DNA of 63,141 nt, counting the filler. It is 13 parts of 13 records of this genome, joined end to end, with 100 filler letters (N's around TTAATTAATTAA, not from the genome) between each part and the next. Parts side by side here need not be neighbours in the genome. Positions count along the whole stretch, not along the records: positions 49,650 to 57,313 come from SRR11831586_47; positions 57,414 to 59,858 come from SRR11831586_49; positions 59,959 to 63,141 come from SRR11831586_63; 10 more parts are not named here. One strand, given 5' to 3'. The notes under the pieces were generated by a model, which saw nothing but the letters and a program-made list of their open reading frames with translations, did no database searches and had not been told where the DNA came from. The number at the start of each line of letters is the position of its first letter. The stretch's first letter is position 1. Of the stretch, positions 49,698-61,575 are shown in pieces. Made by a program: the position numbers and the translations under genes.

Positions 49698-50729
49698 TTA
49701 ACCTTTCTTCGCCTGGCGGGTCATAATGGCGCGATACACCTTGAAGCGCCCTGTTTGCGCGATCACTTCGTGGAAGCCAAATGTCTCATCCAGCACGTCC
49801 GGATAAGGCAGGAAGGCGTTCGCTACAATTCGCAGCTCGCCGCCGCTATTAAGATGACGCACCGCACCGCGAATCAGCGTTTGCGCCGCATCCAGGCTGG
49901 TTTGCATCCCATCGTGGAACGGCGGGTTGGAGATGATCATATCAAAACGACCTTTCACCTCGGAAAAGACGTTGCTGGCAAAGACTTCACCTTCAACACC
50001 GTTGGCCGCAAGTGTTGCGCGGCTGGCTTCTACCGCCGGGGCAGAGACATCGCACAAGGTGAGACGAATTTTCGGCGAATGGCGCGCAAAGGCAACTGAA
50101 AGCACGCCCGCGCCACAGCCGACATCCAGCACTTTACCTTTCGTGTGCGGAGTTAACGTCGAGAGCAGCAACTGGCTACCGACATCCAGACCGTCGCGGC
50201 TAAACACGCCAGGCAGCGTTTTGACCGTCAGGCCATCGACGCTGTATTCGCCCCAGAATTTCTCCGCATCAAATACCGGCTGTTTTTCCAGACGACCAAA
50301 ATAGAGGCCACAGCGACGAGCGCTGTCGACTTTATTCAACGGCGCATAATCTGCCAGCATCTGCTCGGCGCTGCGCACGCCGCTGCGGTTCTCGCCAACG
50401 ACAAAAATATCTGTCCCCACTGGCAGCAGAGAAAGTAAATTCATCAACTGGAACTGGGCTTCCGGTTTGTTCTTCGGCCAGTAGTAAATCAGCGTATCGC
50501 AATCTGCGACGTCATCCGCCGTGGCGACCAGACTGAAACGGGCGTTATCCCCCATCTGGCGGCTTAATACCTGCCAGTGGTGGAATTGCTGGGTATGAGC
50601 ACGGCTGGCCGCGGTATCTAAACGCGCGGGCAGGTCATCCTGTAAGTCTCCGGCAAACAGAATACGGCTTTGTTCGAAATCATCACTGTGACGCAGCAAG
50701 ACTTCACTTGCCGGGGTAAATGCAGACAT
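49698..50729 (-). CDS. rsmC: 16S rRNA m2G1207 methyltransferase
   Basis: LDVGCGAG and NPPFH; 343 aa. Confidence 0.98.
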   Translation of the reverse strand: MSAFTPASEVLLRHSDDFEQSRILFAGDLQDDLPARLDTAASRAHTQQFHHWQVLSRQMGDNARFSLVATADDVADCDTLIYYWPKNKPEAQFQLMNLLSLLPVGTDIFVVGENRSGVRSAEQMLADYAPLNKVDSARRCGLYFGRLEKQPVFDAEKFWGEYSVDGLTVKTLPGVFSRDGLDVGSQLLLSTLTPHTKGKVLDVGCGAGVLSVAFARHSPKIRLTLCDVSAPAVEASRATLAANGVEGEVFASNVFSEVKGRFDMIISNPPFHDGMQTSLDAAQTLIRGAVRHLNSGGELRIVANAFLPYPDVLDETFGFHEVIAQTGRFKVYRAIMTRQAKKG

Positions 50730-50831
50730 GGAATGCTCCTCAATTGATACTGGCGGCGATTATAGCCATATGTTGGCGCGGTATCGACGAATTTGCTATA
50801 TTTGCGCCCCTGACAACAGGAGCGATTCGCT

Positions 50832-51245
50832 ATGACATCCCGACGAGACTGGCAGTTACAGCAACTGGGCATTACCCAGTGGTCGCTGCGTCGCCCTGGC
50901 GCGTTGCAGGGGGAGATTGCCATTGCGATCCCGGCACACGTCCGTCTGGTGATGGTGGCAAACGATCTTCCCGCCCTGACTGATCCTTTAGTGAGCGATG
51001 TTCTGCGCGCATTAACCGTCAGCCCCGACCAGGTGCTGCAACTGACGCCAGAAAAAATCGCGATGCTGCCGCAAGGCAGTCACTGCAACAGTTGGCGGTT
51101 GGGTACTGACGAACCGCTATCACTGGAAGGCGCTCAGGTGGCATCACCGGCGCTCACCGATTTACGGGCAAACCCAACGGCACGCGCCGCGTTATGGCAA
51201 CAAATTTGCACATATGAACACGATTTCTTCCCTCGAAACGACTGA
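50832..51245 (+). CDS. holD: DNA polymerase III psi subunit
   Basis: MTSRRDWQLQQLGITQW; 137 aa. Confidence 0.98.
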   Translation: MTSRRDWQLQQLGITQWSLRRPGALQGEIAIAIPAHVRLVMVANDLPALTDPLVSDVLRALTVSPDQVLQLTPEKIAMLPQGSHCNSWRLGTDEPLSLEGAQVASPALTDLRANPTARAALWQQICTYEHDFFPRND

Positions 51246-51660
51246 TTTACCGGCGGCTTACCACATTGAACAACGCGCCCACGCCTTTCCGTGGAGTGAA
51301 AAAACGTTTGCCAGCAACCAGGGCGAGCGTTATCTCAACTTTCAGTTAACGCAAAACGGCAAAATGGCGGCGTTTGCGATTACGCAAGTGGTGCTGGATG
51401 AAGCTACATTGTTCAATATTGCGGTCGATCCTGACTATCAGCGTCAGGGATTGGGAAGGGCGCTGCTGGAACATCTGATCGACGAACTGGAAAAACGCGG
51501 CGTGGCGACACTATGGCTGGAAGTCCGTGCTTCAAACGCTGCCGCCATTGCCCTGTACGAAAGTTTAGGCTTTAACGAGGCGACGATTCGCCGCAATTAC
51601 TACCCCACCACGGACGGTCGCGAAGACGCCATCATCATGGCGTTGCCAATCAGTATGTAA
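51214..51660 (+). CDS. rimI: Ribosomal protein S18 N-acetyltransferase
   Basis: GNAT QRQGLG and LEVRASN. Confidence 0.98.
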
Positions 51661-51674
51661 TACAAGGTGGAATA

Positions 51675-52352
51675 ATGAAGTGGGACTGGATTTTCTTTGA
51701 TGCCGATGAAACGCTGTTTACCTTTGACTCATTCACCGGCCTGCAGCGGATGTTTCTTGATTACAGCGTCACCTTTACCGCTGAAGATTTTCAGGACTAT
51801 CAGGCCGTTAACAAGCCACTGTGGGTGGATTATCAAAACGGCGCGATCACTTCATTACAGCTTCAGCACGGGCGGTTTGAGAGCTGGGCCGAACGGCTGA
51901 ACGTCGAGCCAGGTAAACTCAACGAAGCCTTTATTAATGCGATGGCGGAAATCTGCACGCCGCTGCCGGGCGCGGTTTCTCTGCTTAACGCCATTCGTGG
52001 CAACGCCAAAATCGGCATCATCACCAACGGCTTTAGTGCCTTGCAACAGGTGCGTCTGGAACGCACGGGCCTGCGTGATTACTTCGATTTGCTGGTGATT
52101 TCCGAAGAAGTTGGCGTTGCCAAACCGAATAAGAAAATTTTCGATTATGCGCTGGAACAGGCGGGCAATCCTGACCGTTCACGCGTGCTGATGGTTGGCG
52201 ACACTGCCGAGTCCGATATTCTCGGTGGCATCAACGCCGGGCTTGCGACCTGCTGGCTGAATGCACACCATCGCGAGCAACCAGAAGGCATCGCGCCCAC
52301 CTGGACCGTTTCTTCGTTGCACGAACTGGAGCAGCTCCTGTGTAAACACTGA
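51675..52352 (+). CDS. yjjG: HAD pyrimidine 5'-nucleotidase
   Basis: FDADETL, TNG, KP and GD HAD motifs. Confidence 0.97.
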
Positions 52353-52442
52353 TTGCCTCCCCCCCGTTGATGGGTAAAATAGCCGCAATTTTTCGTTTTC
52401 AACAAGCGCGGCGCGATGCCGCTTACTCAAGAAGAAAGAATT

Positions 52443-54032
52443 ATGACGTTGTCTCCTTATTTGCAAGAGGTGGCGAAGCGCCGCACTTTTGCCATTATTT
52501 CTCACCCGGACGCCGGTAAGACTACCATCACCGAGAAGGTGCTGCTGTTCGGACAGGCCATTCAGACCGCCGGTACAGTAAAAGGCCGTGGTTCCAACCA
52601 GCACGCTAAGTCGGACTGGATGGAGATGGAAAAGCAGCGTGGGATCTCCATTACTACGTCTGTGATGCAGTTTCCGTATCACGATTGCCTGGTTAACCTG
52701 CTCGACACCCCGGGGCACGAAGACTTCTCGGAAGATACCTATCGTACCCTGACGGCGGTGGACTGCTGCCTGATGGTTATCGACGCCGCAAAAGGTGTTG
52801 AAGATCGTACCCGTAAGCTGATGGAAGTTACCCGTCTGCGCGACACGCCGATCCTCACCTTTATGAACAAACTTGACCGTGATATCCGCGACCCGATGGA
52901 GCTGCTCGATGAAGTTGAGAACGAGCTGAAAATCGGCTGTGCGCCGATCACCTGGCCGATTGGCTGCGGCAAGCTGTTTAAAGGCGTTTACCACCTTTAT
53001 AAAGACGAAACCTATCTCTATCAGAGCGGTAAAGGCCACACCATTCAGGAAGTCCGCATTGTTAAAGGGCTGAATAACCCGGATCTCGATGCTGCGGTTG
53101 GTGAAGATCTGGCACAGCAGCTGCGTGACGAACTGGAACTGGTGAAAGGCGCGTCTAACGAGTTCGACAAAGAGCTGTTCCTTGCGGGCGAAATCACTCC
53201 GGTATTCTTCGGTACTGCGCTGGGTAACTTCGGCGTCGATCATATGTTGGATGGCCTGGTGGAGTGGGCACCTGCGCCGATGCCGCGTCAGACTGATACC
53301 CGTACCGTAGAAGCGAGCGAAGATAAATTTACCGGCTTCGTATTTAAAATTCAGGCCAACATGGACCCGAAACACCGCGACCGCGTGGCGTTTATGCGTG
53401 TGGTGTCCGGTAAATATGAAAAAGGCATGAAACTGCGCCAGGTGCGCACTGCGAAAGATGTGGTGATCTCCGACGCGCTGACCTTTATGGCGGGTGACCG
53501 TTCGCACGTTGAAGAAGCGTATCCGGGCGATATCCTCGGCCTGCACAACCACGGCACCATTCAGATCGGCGACACCTTTACCCAGGGTGAGATGATGAAG
53601 TTCACCGGTATTCCGAACTTCGCACCAGAACTGTTCCGTCGTATCCGCCTGAAAGATCCGCTGAAGCAAAAACAGCTGCTCAAAGGGCTGGTACAGCTTT
53701 CCGAAGAGGGCGCGGTGCAGGTGTTCCGTCCAATCTCCAACAACGATCTGATCGTTGGTGCAGTTGGTGTGCTGCAGTTTGATGTGGTGGTAGCGCGCCT
53801 GAAGAGCGAATACAACGTTGAAGCAGTGTATGAGTCAGTCAACGTTGCCACTGCCCGCTGGGTAGAATGTGCAGACGCGAAGAAATTCGAAGAGTTCAAG
53901 CGTAAGAACGAAAGCCAACTGGCGCTTGATGGCGGCGATAACCTCGCTTACATCGCTACCAGCATGGTCAACCTGCGCCTGGCACAGGAACGTTATCCGG
54001 ACGTTCAGTTCCACCAGACCCGCGAGCATTAA
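52443..54032 (+). CDS. prfC: Peptide chain release factor 3
   Basis: [17 protein letters not shown] and NKLD; 529 aa. Confidence 0.99.
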
Positions 54033-54424
54033 TTCTTGCCTCCAGGGCGCGGTAGCCGCTGCGCCCTGTCAATTTCCCTTCCTTATTAGCCGCTTACGGA
54101 ATGTTCTTAAAACATTCACTTTTGCTTATGTTTTCGCTGATATCCCGAGCGGTTTCAAAATTGTGATCTATATTTAACAAAGTGATGACATTTCTGACGG
54201 CGTTAAATACCGTTCAATGCGTAGATATCAGTATCTAAAGCCGTCGATTGTCATTCTACCGATATTAATAACTGATTCAGAGGCTGTAATGGTCGTTATT
54301 CATCACTCATCGCTTTTGTGATGGCGACCATTGACTTCTGTAGAGGGTGAAGTCTCTCCCTATTCAGCAATGCAACCTCGTGTTGCCAGGCTCAAATTAC
54401 GAGCAAACATACAGGAATAAATCG

Positions 54425-55030
54425 ATGACTATGACAAGACTGAAGATTTCGAAAACTCTGCTGGCTGTAATGTTGACCTCTGCCGTCGCGACCGGCTCTG
54501 CCTACGCGGAAAACAACGCGCAGACTACCAATGAAAGCGCAGGGCAAAAAGTCGATAGCTCTATGAATAAAGTCGGTAATTTCATGGATGACAGCGCCAT
54601 CACCGCGAAAGTGAAGGCGGCCCTGGTGGATCATGACAACATCAAGAGCACCGATATCTCTGTAAAAACCGATCAAAAAGTCGTGACCCTGAGCGGTTTC
54701 GTTGAAAGCCAGGCCCAGGCCGAAGAGGCAGTGAAAGTGGCGAAAGGCGTTGAAGGGGTGACCTCTGTCAGCGACAAACTGCACGTTCGCGACGCTAAAG
54801 AAGGCTCGGTGAAGGGCTACGCGGGTGACACCGCCACCACCAGTGAAATCAAAGCCAAACTGCTGGCGGACGATATCGTCCCTTCCCGTCATGTGAAAGT
54901 TGAAACCACCGACGGCGTGGTTCAGCTCTCCGGTACCGTCGATTCTCAGGCACAAAGTGACCGTGCTGAAAGTATCGCCAAAGCGGTAGATGGTGTGAAA
55001 AGCGTTAAAAATGATCTGAAAACTAAGTAA
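54425..55030 (+). CDS. osmY: Periplasmic BON-domain chaperone
   Basis: Signal peptide and two BON domains; 201 aa. Confidence 0.97.
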
Positions 55031-55156
55031 TTCGTCGTAATTCGTCCTCCCGAACTTTGTCGGGAGGCGCGATGTGCACCACACTAAAAATATCGCATTG
55101 AGTGATTTTCACGCTCATATCAAGCGGTGACATTAACTATGGTAAAGGAGACGCTT

Positions 55157-55318
55157 ATGTTTCGTTGGGGCATCATATTTCTGGTTATCGCGTTAATCGC
55201 CGCCGCACTTGGGTTTGGTGGTCTGGCCGGTACCGCTGCAGGCGCAGCTAAAATTGTCTTTGTCGTCGGGATTATTCTGTTCCTGGTGAGTTTGTTCATG
55301 GGCCGAAAACGACCCTAG
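55157..55318 (+). CDS. ytjA: DUF1328 small membrane protein
   Basis: 53 aa; AAGGAG RBS; terminator hairpin at 55348-55373. Confidence 0.93.
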
Positions 55319-55439
55319 ATTTCAGACCATTAAGAAAATTTTATCCAAAGCCAGTCCAGCGGACTGGCTTTTGCGGTTTTAGCGAATAATAAATTGCGTT
55401 ACTTTGTCATTCTTTCACAACAAAAACAGGAAGGCAGAG

Positions 55440-56513
55440 GTGGGGCAGCGAATACCTGTAACGCTTGGTAATATTGCGCCGTTGTCGCTAAGGCCGTTCC
55501 AGCCTGGACGAATAGCTCTGGTGTGCGAAGGCGGCGGACAGCGTGGAATTTTCACGGCTGGCGTGCTGGATGAGTTTATGCGCGCGCAGTTTAATCCTTT
55601 CGATCTTTATCTCGGCACATCTGCCGGGGCGCAGAACCTCTCGGCGTTTATCTGCAATCAGCCCGGTTACGCGCGCAAAGTCATCATGCGCTATACCACA
55701 AAACGCGAATTTTTCGATCCATTGCGCTTTGTCCGTGGAGGAAATCTTATCGATCTCGACTGGCTGGTGGAGGCCACTGCAAGCCAGATGCCGTTGCAAA
55801 TGGATACCGCCGCGCGGTTGTTTGACAGCGGCAAATCGTTTTATATGTGCGCCTGTCGTCAGGATGACTACGCGCCGAATTACTTTTTACCAACCAAACA
55901 AAACTGGCTGGATGTGATTCGCGCCTCCAGTGCGATACCTGGCTTTTATCGTAGCGGAGTGTCGCTGGAAGGCATTAACTACCTGGATGGCGGGATCAGT
56001 GATGCGATTCCGGTTAAAGAGGCGGCAAGGCAGGGCGCTAAAACGTTGGTCGTCATTCGCACTGTGCCGTCACAAATGTACTACACGCCGCAGTGGTTCA
56101 AACGCATGGAACGCTGGCTGGGTGACAGTAGCCTGCAGCCGCTGGTCAATCTGGTGCAGCATCATGAAACCAGCTATCGTGACATTCAGCAATTTATTGA
56201 GAAACCACCGGGCAAGCTGCGGATATTCGAAATTTATCCGCCGAAGCCATTACATAGTATCGCGCTTGGCAGTCGGATTCCGGCGCTGCGTGAAGACTAT
56301 AAACTTGGGCGTTTATGCGGTCGTTATTTCCTCGCCACGGTTGGCAAGCTATTAACTGAAAAAGCGCCGCTTACCCGCCATCTGGTGCCAGTGGTGACGC
56401 CGGAATCGATTGTCATTCCGCCTGCGCCAGTCGCCAACGATACGCTGGTTGCCGAAGTGAGCGACGCTCCGCAGGCGAACGACCCGACATTTAACAATGA
56501 GGATCTGGCTTGA
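55440..56513 (+). CDS. yjjU: Patatin-like phospholipase
   Basis: EGGGQRG, GTSAG and DGG motifs. Confidence 0.94.
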   Translation: MGQRIPVTLGNIAPLSLRPFQPGRIALVCEGGGQRGIFTAGVLDEFMRAQFNPFDLYLGTSAGAQNLSAFICNQPGYARKVIMRYTTKREFFDPLRFVRGGNLIDLDWLVEATASQMPLQMDTAARLFDSGKSFYMCACRQDDYAPNYFLPTKQNWLDVIRASSAIPGFYRSGVSLEGINYLDGGISDAIPVKEAARQGAKTLVVIRTVPSQMYYTPQWFKRMERWLGDSSLQPLVNLVQHHETSYRDIQQFIEKPPGKLRIFEIYPPKPLHSIALGSRIPALREDYKLGRLCGRYFLATVGKLLTEKAPLTRHLVPVVTPESIVIPPAPVANDTLVAEVSDAPQANDPTFNNEDLA

Positions 56514-57289
56514 TTTGCCGTTTTATCGACACCCACTGCCATTTTGATTTCCCGCCGTTTAGTGGCGATGAAGAGGCCAGCCTGCAACGCGCGGCACAAG
56601 CGGGCGTAGGCAAGATCATTGTTCCGGCAACAGAGGCGGAAAATTTTGCCCGTGTGTTGGCATTAGCGGAAAATTATCAACCGCTGTATGCCGCATTGGG
56701 CTTGCATCCTGGTATGTTGGAAAAACATAGCGATGTGTCTCTTGAGCAGCTACAGCAGGCGCTGGAAAGGCGTCCGGCGAAGGTGGTGGCGGTGGGGGAG
56801 ATCGGTCTGGATCTCTTTGGCGACGATCCGCAATTTGAGAGGCAGCAGTGGTTACTCGACGAACAACTGAAACTGGCGAAACGCTACGATCTGCCGGTGA
56901 TCCTGCATTCACGGCGCACGCACGACAAACTGGCGATGCATCTTAAACGCCACGATTTACCGCGCACTGGCGTGGTTCACGGTTTTTCCGGCAGCCTGCA
57001 ACAGGCCGAACGGTTTGTACAGCTGGGCTACAAAATTGGCGTAGGCGGTACTATCACCTATCCACGCGCCAGTAAAACCCGCGATGTCATCGCAAAATTA
57101 CCGCTGGCATCGTTATTGCTGGAAACCGACGCGCCGGATATGCCGCTCAACGGTTTTCAGGGGCAGCCTAACCGCCCGGAGCAGGCTGCCCGTGTGTTCG
57201 CCGTGCTTTGCGAGTTGCGCCGGGAACCGGCGGATGAGATTGCGCAAGCGTTGCTTAATAACACGTATACGTTGTTTAACGTGCCGTAG
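56510..57289 (+). CDS. yjjV: TatD-family nuclease
   Basis: DTHCH, GEIGLD and ETDAP. Confidence 0.95.
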   Translation: MICRFIDTHCHFDFPPFSGDEEASLQRAAQAGVGKIIVPATEAENFARVLALAENYQPLYAALGLHPGMLEKHSDVSLEQLQQALERRPAKVVAVGEIGLDLFGDDPQFERQQWLLDEQLKLAKRYDLPVILHSRRTHDKLAMHLKRHDLPRTGVVHGFSGSLQQAERFVQLGYKIGVGGTITYPRASKTRDVIAKLPLASLLLETDAPDMPLNGFQGQPNRPEQAARVFAVLCELRREPADEIAQALLNNTYTLFNVP

Positions 57290-57413
57290 GCCGGATAAGG
57301 CGTTCACGCCGCANNNNNNNNNNNNNNNNNNNNNNNNNNNNNNNNNNNNNNNNNNNNTTAATTAATTAANNNNNNNNNNNNNNNNNNNNNNNNNNNNNNN
57401 NNNNNNNNNNNNN

Positions 57414-57483
57414 GAAAATGTAGGAAAACAACGCCGCCCCAGGCCGCCAGTTTGAGGAAAAACGGTGCGCGTTCAGAGTGCAT
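57414..57483 (-). CDS. ydcV: ABC permease (5' end only)
   Basis: MHSERAPFFLKLAAWGG, overlapping the ydcU stop. Confidence 0.85.
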
Positions 57484-58414
57484 CGAACGCTCCCAGACGT
57501 TTCACGAACGCCAGGTACAGTGCGATGAGAATAATCGGCACCAGGGTGAATGCCGCCGCCATCGGCATATTGCCAATCGCCCCCTGCTGGGAATAAACCA
57601 TATTGCCGATAAAATATCCTGGAGGACCAACCAGCTGCGGGACGATAAAATCGCCCAGTGTGAGTGAGAAGGTAAAGATAGAGCCAGCGGCAATACCCGG
57701 GATTGCCAGCGGCAGCACCACATAGCGAAAGGTTTGTCGTGGACGTGCGCCGAGATCAGCCGACGCCTGCAACAATGACGGCGGCAAACGCTCAAGCGCC
57801 GCCTGAACGGGCAGGATCATGAACGGCAACCAGATATAGAGAAACACCAGAAAGCGCCCCAGCCCGGAAGTTGACAGCGTATTTCCGCCCACCGCAGGTA
57901 ATGTAAGGAACGCAGTCAGCAGTGGTTCCAGCCCAAGATGTTGTAAAAACCACTGAGCCACGCCATCTTTTGCCAGCAATAACGTCCAGGCATAGGCTTT
58001 AACAATGTAGCTCGCCCACATCGGCAACATTACCGCAATATAAAAAAACGCTTTCATTTTCCCGCTGGTATAGCGCGCCATATACCACGCCATTGGAAAA
58101 GCCAGAATGGCGCTGGCGATAGTGACTGCCACAGCCATAGTCAGCGTGCGGAGAATGATGTCGTAATTCGCCGGATTAAACAGCGCACGGATATTCGCCA
58201 GCGTCAGTTCCGGCGTTACCGACATGGTGAAATCGTCAAAAGTATAAAATCCCTGCCATAACAGTGTCAGCAGCGAGCCGAAATAGACAATGCCAAACCA
58301 CATTAGCGGGCCAAGCAGCAGTAAAAACAGCCCCAGCCCCGGATTATGCCAGAAGAAACCGGACACCTTACCCAGACCTGGACGTGAAGGTGATTGCAAT
58401 ACATTCATCGCCAT
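57473..58414 (-). CDS. ydcU: PotB-like ABC permease
   Basis: EAA-like loop QASADLGA; 313 aa. Confidence 0.94.
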   Translation of the reverse strand: MAMNVLQSPSRPGLGKVSGFFWHNPGLGLFLLLLGPLMWFGIVYFGSLLTLLWQGFYTFDDFTMSVTPELTLANIRALFNPANYDIILRTLTMAVAVTIASAILAFPMAWYMARYTSGKMKAFFYIAVMLPMWASYIVKAYAWTLLLAKDGVAQWFLQHLGLEPLLTAFLTLPAVGGNTLSTSGLGRFLVFLYIWLPFMILPVQAALERLPPSLLQASADLGARPRQTFRYVVLPLAIPGIAAGSIFTFSLTLGDFIVPQLVGPPGYFIGNMVYSQQGAIGNMPMAAAFTLVPIILIALYLAFVKRLGAFDAL

Positions 58415-59428
58415 TCACCTCTCCTCAACCAGCGGCACCATCACATCACGCGACCAGGAAACCATCACCTGTTGTCCGGGCGTGAGCGTGGCAGGCAGTT
58501 CTTCGCCTGTCATATTGGCCTGACTCACAAGCAGTTTTTCACCGCCGTTCAATTTCAGTTCAAAACGAGTTGCCGCGCCCTGATATTGCACCGCCTGGAT
58601 CGTGCCATTGGCCTGCAGTTCACCAGGGGTGTTGAGGCGGATATGTTCCGGTCGCAGGGCGAAGCTTCCCGTCATGCCACAAAGTTTCTCTGCCATCAGT
58701 CCATCAAAAACATTCGATGTACCAACGAACCCGGCAACAAACGGCGTGCGCGGGCGCATATAGAGATCGCGCGGGGAATCGACCTGCTCAATGCGTCCAT
58801 TATTGAAAACCGCCACACGATCGGACATCGATAACGCTTCGCCCTGATCGTGGGTAACGAAGATAAAAGTGATACCGAGAGACTGTTGCAGTTTTTTCAG
58901 TTCCAGCTGCATCTGCTCACGCAATTTGAGATCCAGTGCGCCGAGCGGTTCATCCAACAGCAATACGCGCGGTTCATTCACCAATGCTCTGGCGATAGCA
59001 ACCCGCTGGCGCTGACCACCAGAAAGTTGTGACGGTTTACGTTGATGTACAAACCCCAACGCCACTTTCTCCAGCGCCTCTTGCGCCATTGCGTGCCGCT
59101 GCTTTTTATTCACGCCTTTGACCATCAGCCCATAGGCGACATTGTCAAGAATCGACATATGCGGAAATAGCGCGTAGTCCTGAAAGACAGTATTCACGTC
59201 CCGCTCCCACGGTGGCAGATTGCTGGCGGGTTTACCAAAGATAGAGATAGCCCCGCCGGAAAGCTGTTCGAAGCCAGCAATCAGGCGCAGGCAGGTGGTT
59301 TTGCCGGAGCCGGACGGCCCCAGCATAGAGAAGAACTCACCATCTTTTATCGCAATACTGACGCCATCTACTGCGCGCACGTCACCGTACAACCGCGAGA
59401 CGTTGTCAAACTCCACTGCGTACGTCAT
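58415..59428 (-). CDS. ydcT: PotA-like ABC ATPase
   Basis: GPSGSGKT and LSGGQRQR; 337 aa. Confidence 0.95.
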   Translation of the reverse strand: MTYAVEFDNVSRLYGDVRAVDGVSIAIKDGEFFSMLGPSGSGKTTCLRLIAGFEQLSGGAISIFGKPASNLPPWERDVNTVFQDYALFPHMSILDNVAYGLMVKGVNKKQRHAMAQEALEKVALGFVHQRKPSQLSGGQRQRVAIARALVNEPRVLLLDEPLGALDLKLREQMQLELKKLQQSLGITFIFVTHDQGEALSMSDRVAVFNNGRIEQVDSPRDLYMRPRTPFVAGFVGTSNVFDGLMAEKLCGMTGSFALRPEHIRLNTPGELQANGTIQAVQYQGAATRFELKLNGGEKLLVSQANMTGEELPATLTPGQQVMVSWSRDVMVPLVEER

Positions 59429-59445
59429 AAAGCACCCCAGCGAAG

Positions 59446-59858
59446 TTAGCGACCGCCCATAATGGCAATGTAATCCTGCGTCCAGCGACTGTAGGGAACA
59501 AACTTGCCCCCTTCTGCTATAGGCGTTTTCCAGAAGGCGATTTTGTCGAAATAGTTAAAACCGTTGGTTTCACAACCTTTTTCGCCTAATAACGGACTGG
59601 CTTTACACCCTTCCGGCACTACCGGTAACGAGCCAAACCAGGCCGCCACATCGCCCTGCACTTTTGGCGTTAATGACCAGTTCATCCATTTGTAGGCGCA
59701 AACCGGATGTTTCGCTTCGCTATGCAGCATGGTGGTATCAGCCCAACCGGTAACACCCTCCTTCGGGAAAACGGTAGCAACAGGCTGGCCTTCGGCTTTC
59801 AGGGCGTTGGCCTGATAGGGCCAGGCACTGGAAGCAACCACACCCTCGTTTTTGAAAT
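59446..59858 (-). CDS. ydcS: ABC periplasmic binding protein (5' truncated)
   Basis: PKEGVTGWADT; ends ..IAIMGGR*. Confidence 0.92.
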
Positions 59859-59958
59859 NNNNNNNNNNNNNNNNNNNNNNNNNNNNNNNNNNNNNNNNNN
59901 NNTTAATTAATTAANNNNNNNNNNNNNNNNNNNNNNNNNNNNNNNNNNNNNNNNNNNN

Positions 59959-60131
59959 AGATGATGCCGTTGTCATCGGTAGGGATCTCCAGCGTACAAC
60001 AGGAAGAGTATTACATTGTTTTCGGGGCGTTATCGCTTAAATCTTCTCTTGAAGATATCCTGCTTGAGATAACCTCGCTGGTAGATAACGCATTGGATCT
60101 GGCTGAAATTACAGAAGAATATTCACACTAA
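59959..60131 (+). CDS. yjfI: DUF2170 protein (3' end only)
   Basis: MPLSSVGIS..YIVFGALS, upstream of yjfJ. Confidence 0.88.
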
Positions 60132-60149
60132 TTACAAGGACGGGTATTT

Positions 60150-60848
60150 ATGGGAATTTTAAAAAGTTTATTTACGCTGGGGAAATCGTTTATCTCCCAG
60201 GCGGAAGAATCCATTGAAGAAACCCAGGGCGTGCGCATGCTGGAACAGCATATTCGTGACGCTAAAGCTGAACTCGATAAAGCCGGAAAATCTCGCGTTG
60301 ATCTGCTGGCGCGGGTGAAATTAAGTCACGATAAGCTGAAAGATTTACGTGAGCGCAAAGCCAGTCTGGAAGCCCGTGCGCTGGAAGCGTTAAGCAAGAA
60401 CGTTAATCCGTCGTTGATTAACGAAGTTGCTGAAGAAATCGCGCGCCTTGAGAATCTCATTACCGCTGAAGAGCAAGTGTTGTCGAATCTGGAAGTCTCC
60501 CGTGATGGCGTGGAAAAAGCAGTTACAGCGACAGCGCAGCGTATCGCTCAGTTTGAGCAGCAAATGGAAGTCGTTAAAGCCACTGAAGCCATGCAGCGTG
60601 CACAACAGGCTGTAACAACCTCTACCGTTGGCGCATCTTCCAGCGTTTCGACAGCGGCAGAATCCTTAAAACGCCTGCAAACGCGTCAGGCCGAACGTCA
60701 GGCTCGCCTGGATGCTGCCGCACAGTTGGAGAAAGTCGCAGACGGTCGCGACCTTGACGAAAAGCTGGCGGAAGCCGGAATTGGCGGTAGCAATAAAAGT
60801 AGCGCCCAGGATGTATTAGCAAGACTGCAACGCCAACAGGGCGAGTAA
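60150..60848 (+). CDS. yjfJ: PspA/IM30 (ESCRT-III-like) family protein
   Basis: Coiled coil with MLEQHIRDA; 232 aa. Confidence 0.94.
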   Translation: MGILKSLFTLGKSFISQAEESIEETQGVRMLEQHIRDAKAELDKAGKSRVDLLARVKLSHDKLKDLRERKASLEARALEALSKNVNPSLINEVAEEIARLENLITAEEQVLSNLEVSRDGVEKAVTATAQRIAQFEQQMEVVKATEAMQRAQQAVTTSTVGASSSVSTAAESLKRLQTRQAERQARLDAAAQLEKVADGRDLDEKLAEAGIGGSNKSSAQDVLARLQRQQGE

Positions 60849-60898
60849 TTTTTTTGCCAGCCTCGCTAAAAGGCTGGCAACTATTTTAAGGATAAAAT

Positions 60899-61558
60899 AT
60901 GTCTGGTTTTTTCCAGCGTCTGTTTGGCAAGGATAATAAGCCAGCTATCGCTCGTGGTCCGCTGGGACTTCATCTCAATAGTGGCTTTACGCTCGACACG
61001 TTAGCGTTTCGTTTGCTGGAAGATGAATTGCTGATTGCGCTGCCGGGTGAGGAATTTACGGTAGCCGCCGTCAGCCACATCGATCTGGGCGGCGGTAGTC
61101 AGATTTTCCGCTACTACACTTCAGGCGATGAGTTTCTGCAAATCAATACCACCGGCGGCGAAGATATTGATGACATTGATGATATCAAGCTCTTTGTCTA
61201 TGAAGAGAGCTACGGTATCAGTAAAGAGAGTCACTGGCGCGAGGCGATCAACGCCAAAGCGATGGGAGCAATGACCTTAAACTGGCAGGAAAAACGCTGG
61301 CAGCGATTTTTTAACAGCGAAGAACCGGGAAATATCGAACCCGTCTACATGCTGGAAAAAGTAGAAAATCAAAACCATGCCAAATGGGAGGTCCATAATT
61401 TTACCATGGGCTACCAACGGCAAGTAACCGAAGATACTTACGAATATTTGCTGCTAAATGGTGAGGAATCTTTTAACGATCTCGGCGAGCCAGAGTGGTT
61501 ATTTTCGCGCGCGTTGGGTGTCGATATCCCGCTGACATCACTTCATATTATTGGTTAA
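60899..61558 (+). CDS. yjfK: DUF2491 protein
   Basis: N-terminal amphipathic MSGFFQRLFG; 219 aa. Confidence 0.9.
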   Translation: MSGFFQRLFGKDNKPAIARGPLGLHLNSGFTLDTLAFRLLEDELLIALPGEEFTVAAVSHIDLGGGSQIFRYYTSGDEFLQINTTGGEDIDDIDDIKLFVYEESYGISKESHWREAINAKAMGAMTLNWQEKRWQRFFNSEEPGNIEPVYMLEKVENQNHAKWEVHNFTMGYQRQVTEDTYEYLLLNGEESFNDLGEPEWLFSRALGVDIPLTSLHIIG

Positions 61559-61575
61559 TTACAAGGACGTTTACA

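Noticed and set aside
52179..53669. 496-aa minus-strand ORF
   Set aside because: Antisense shadow of prfC. The same applies to ORFs opposite ftsY, ftsX, fucI and osmY.
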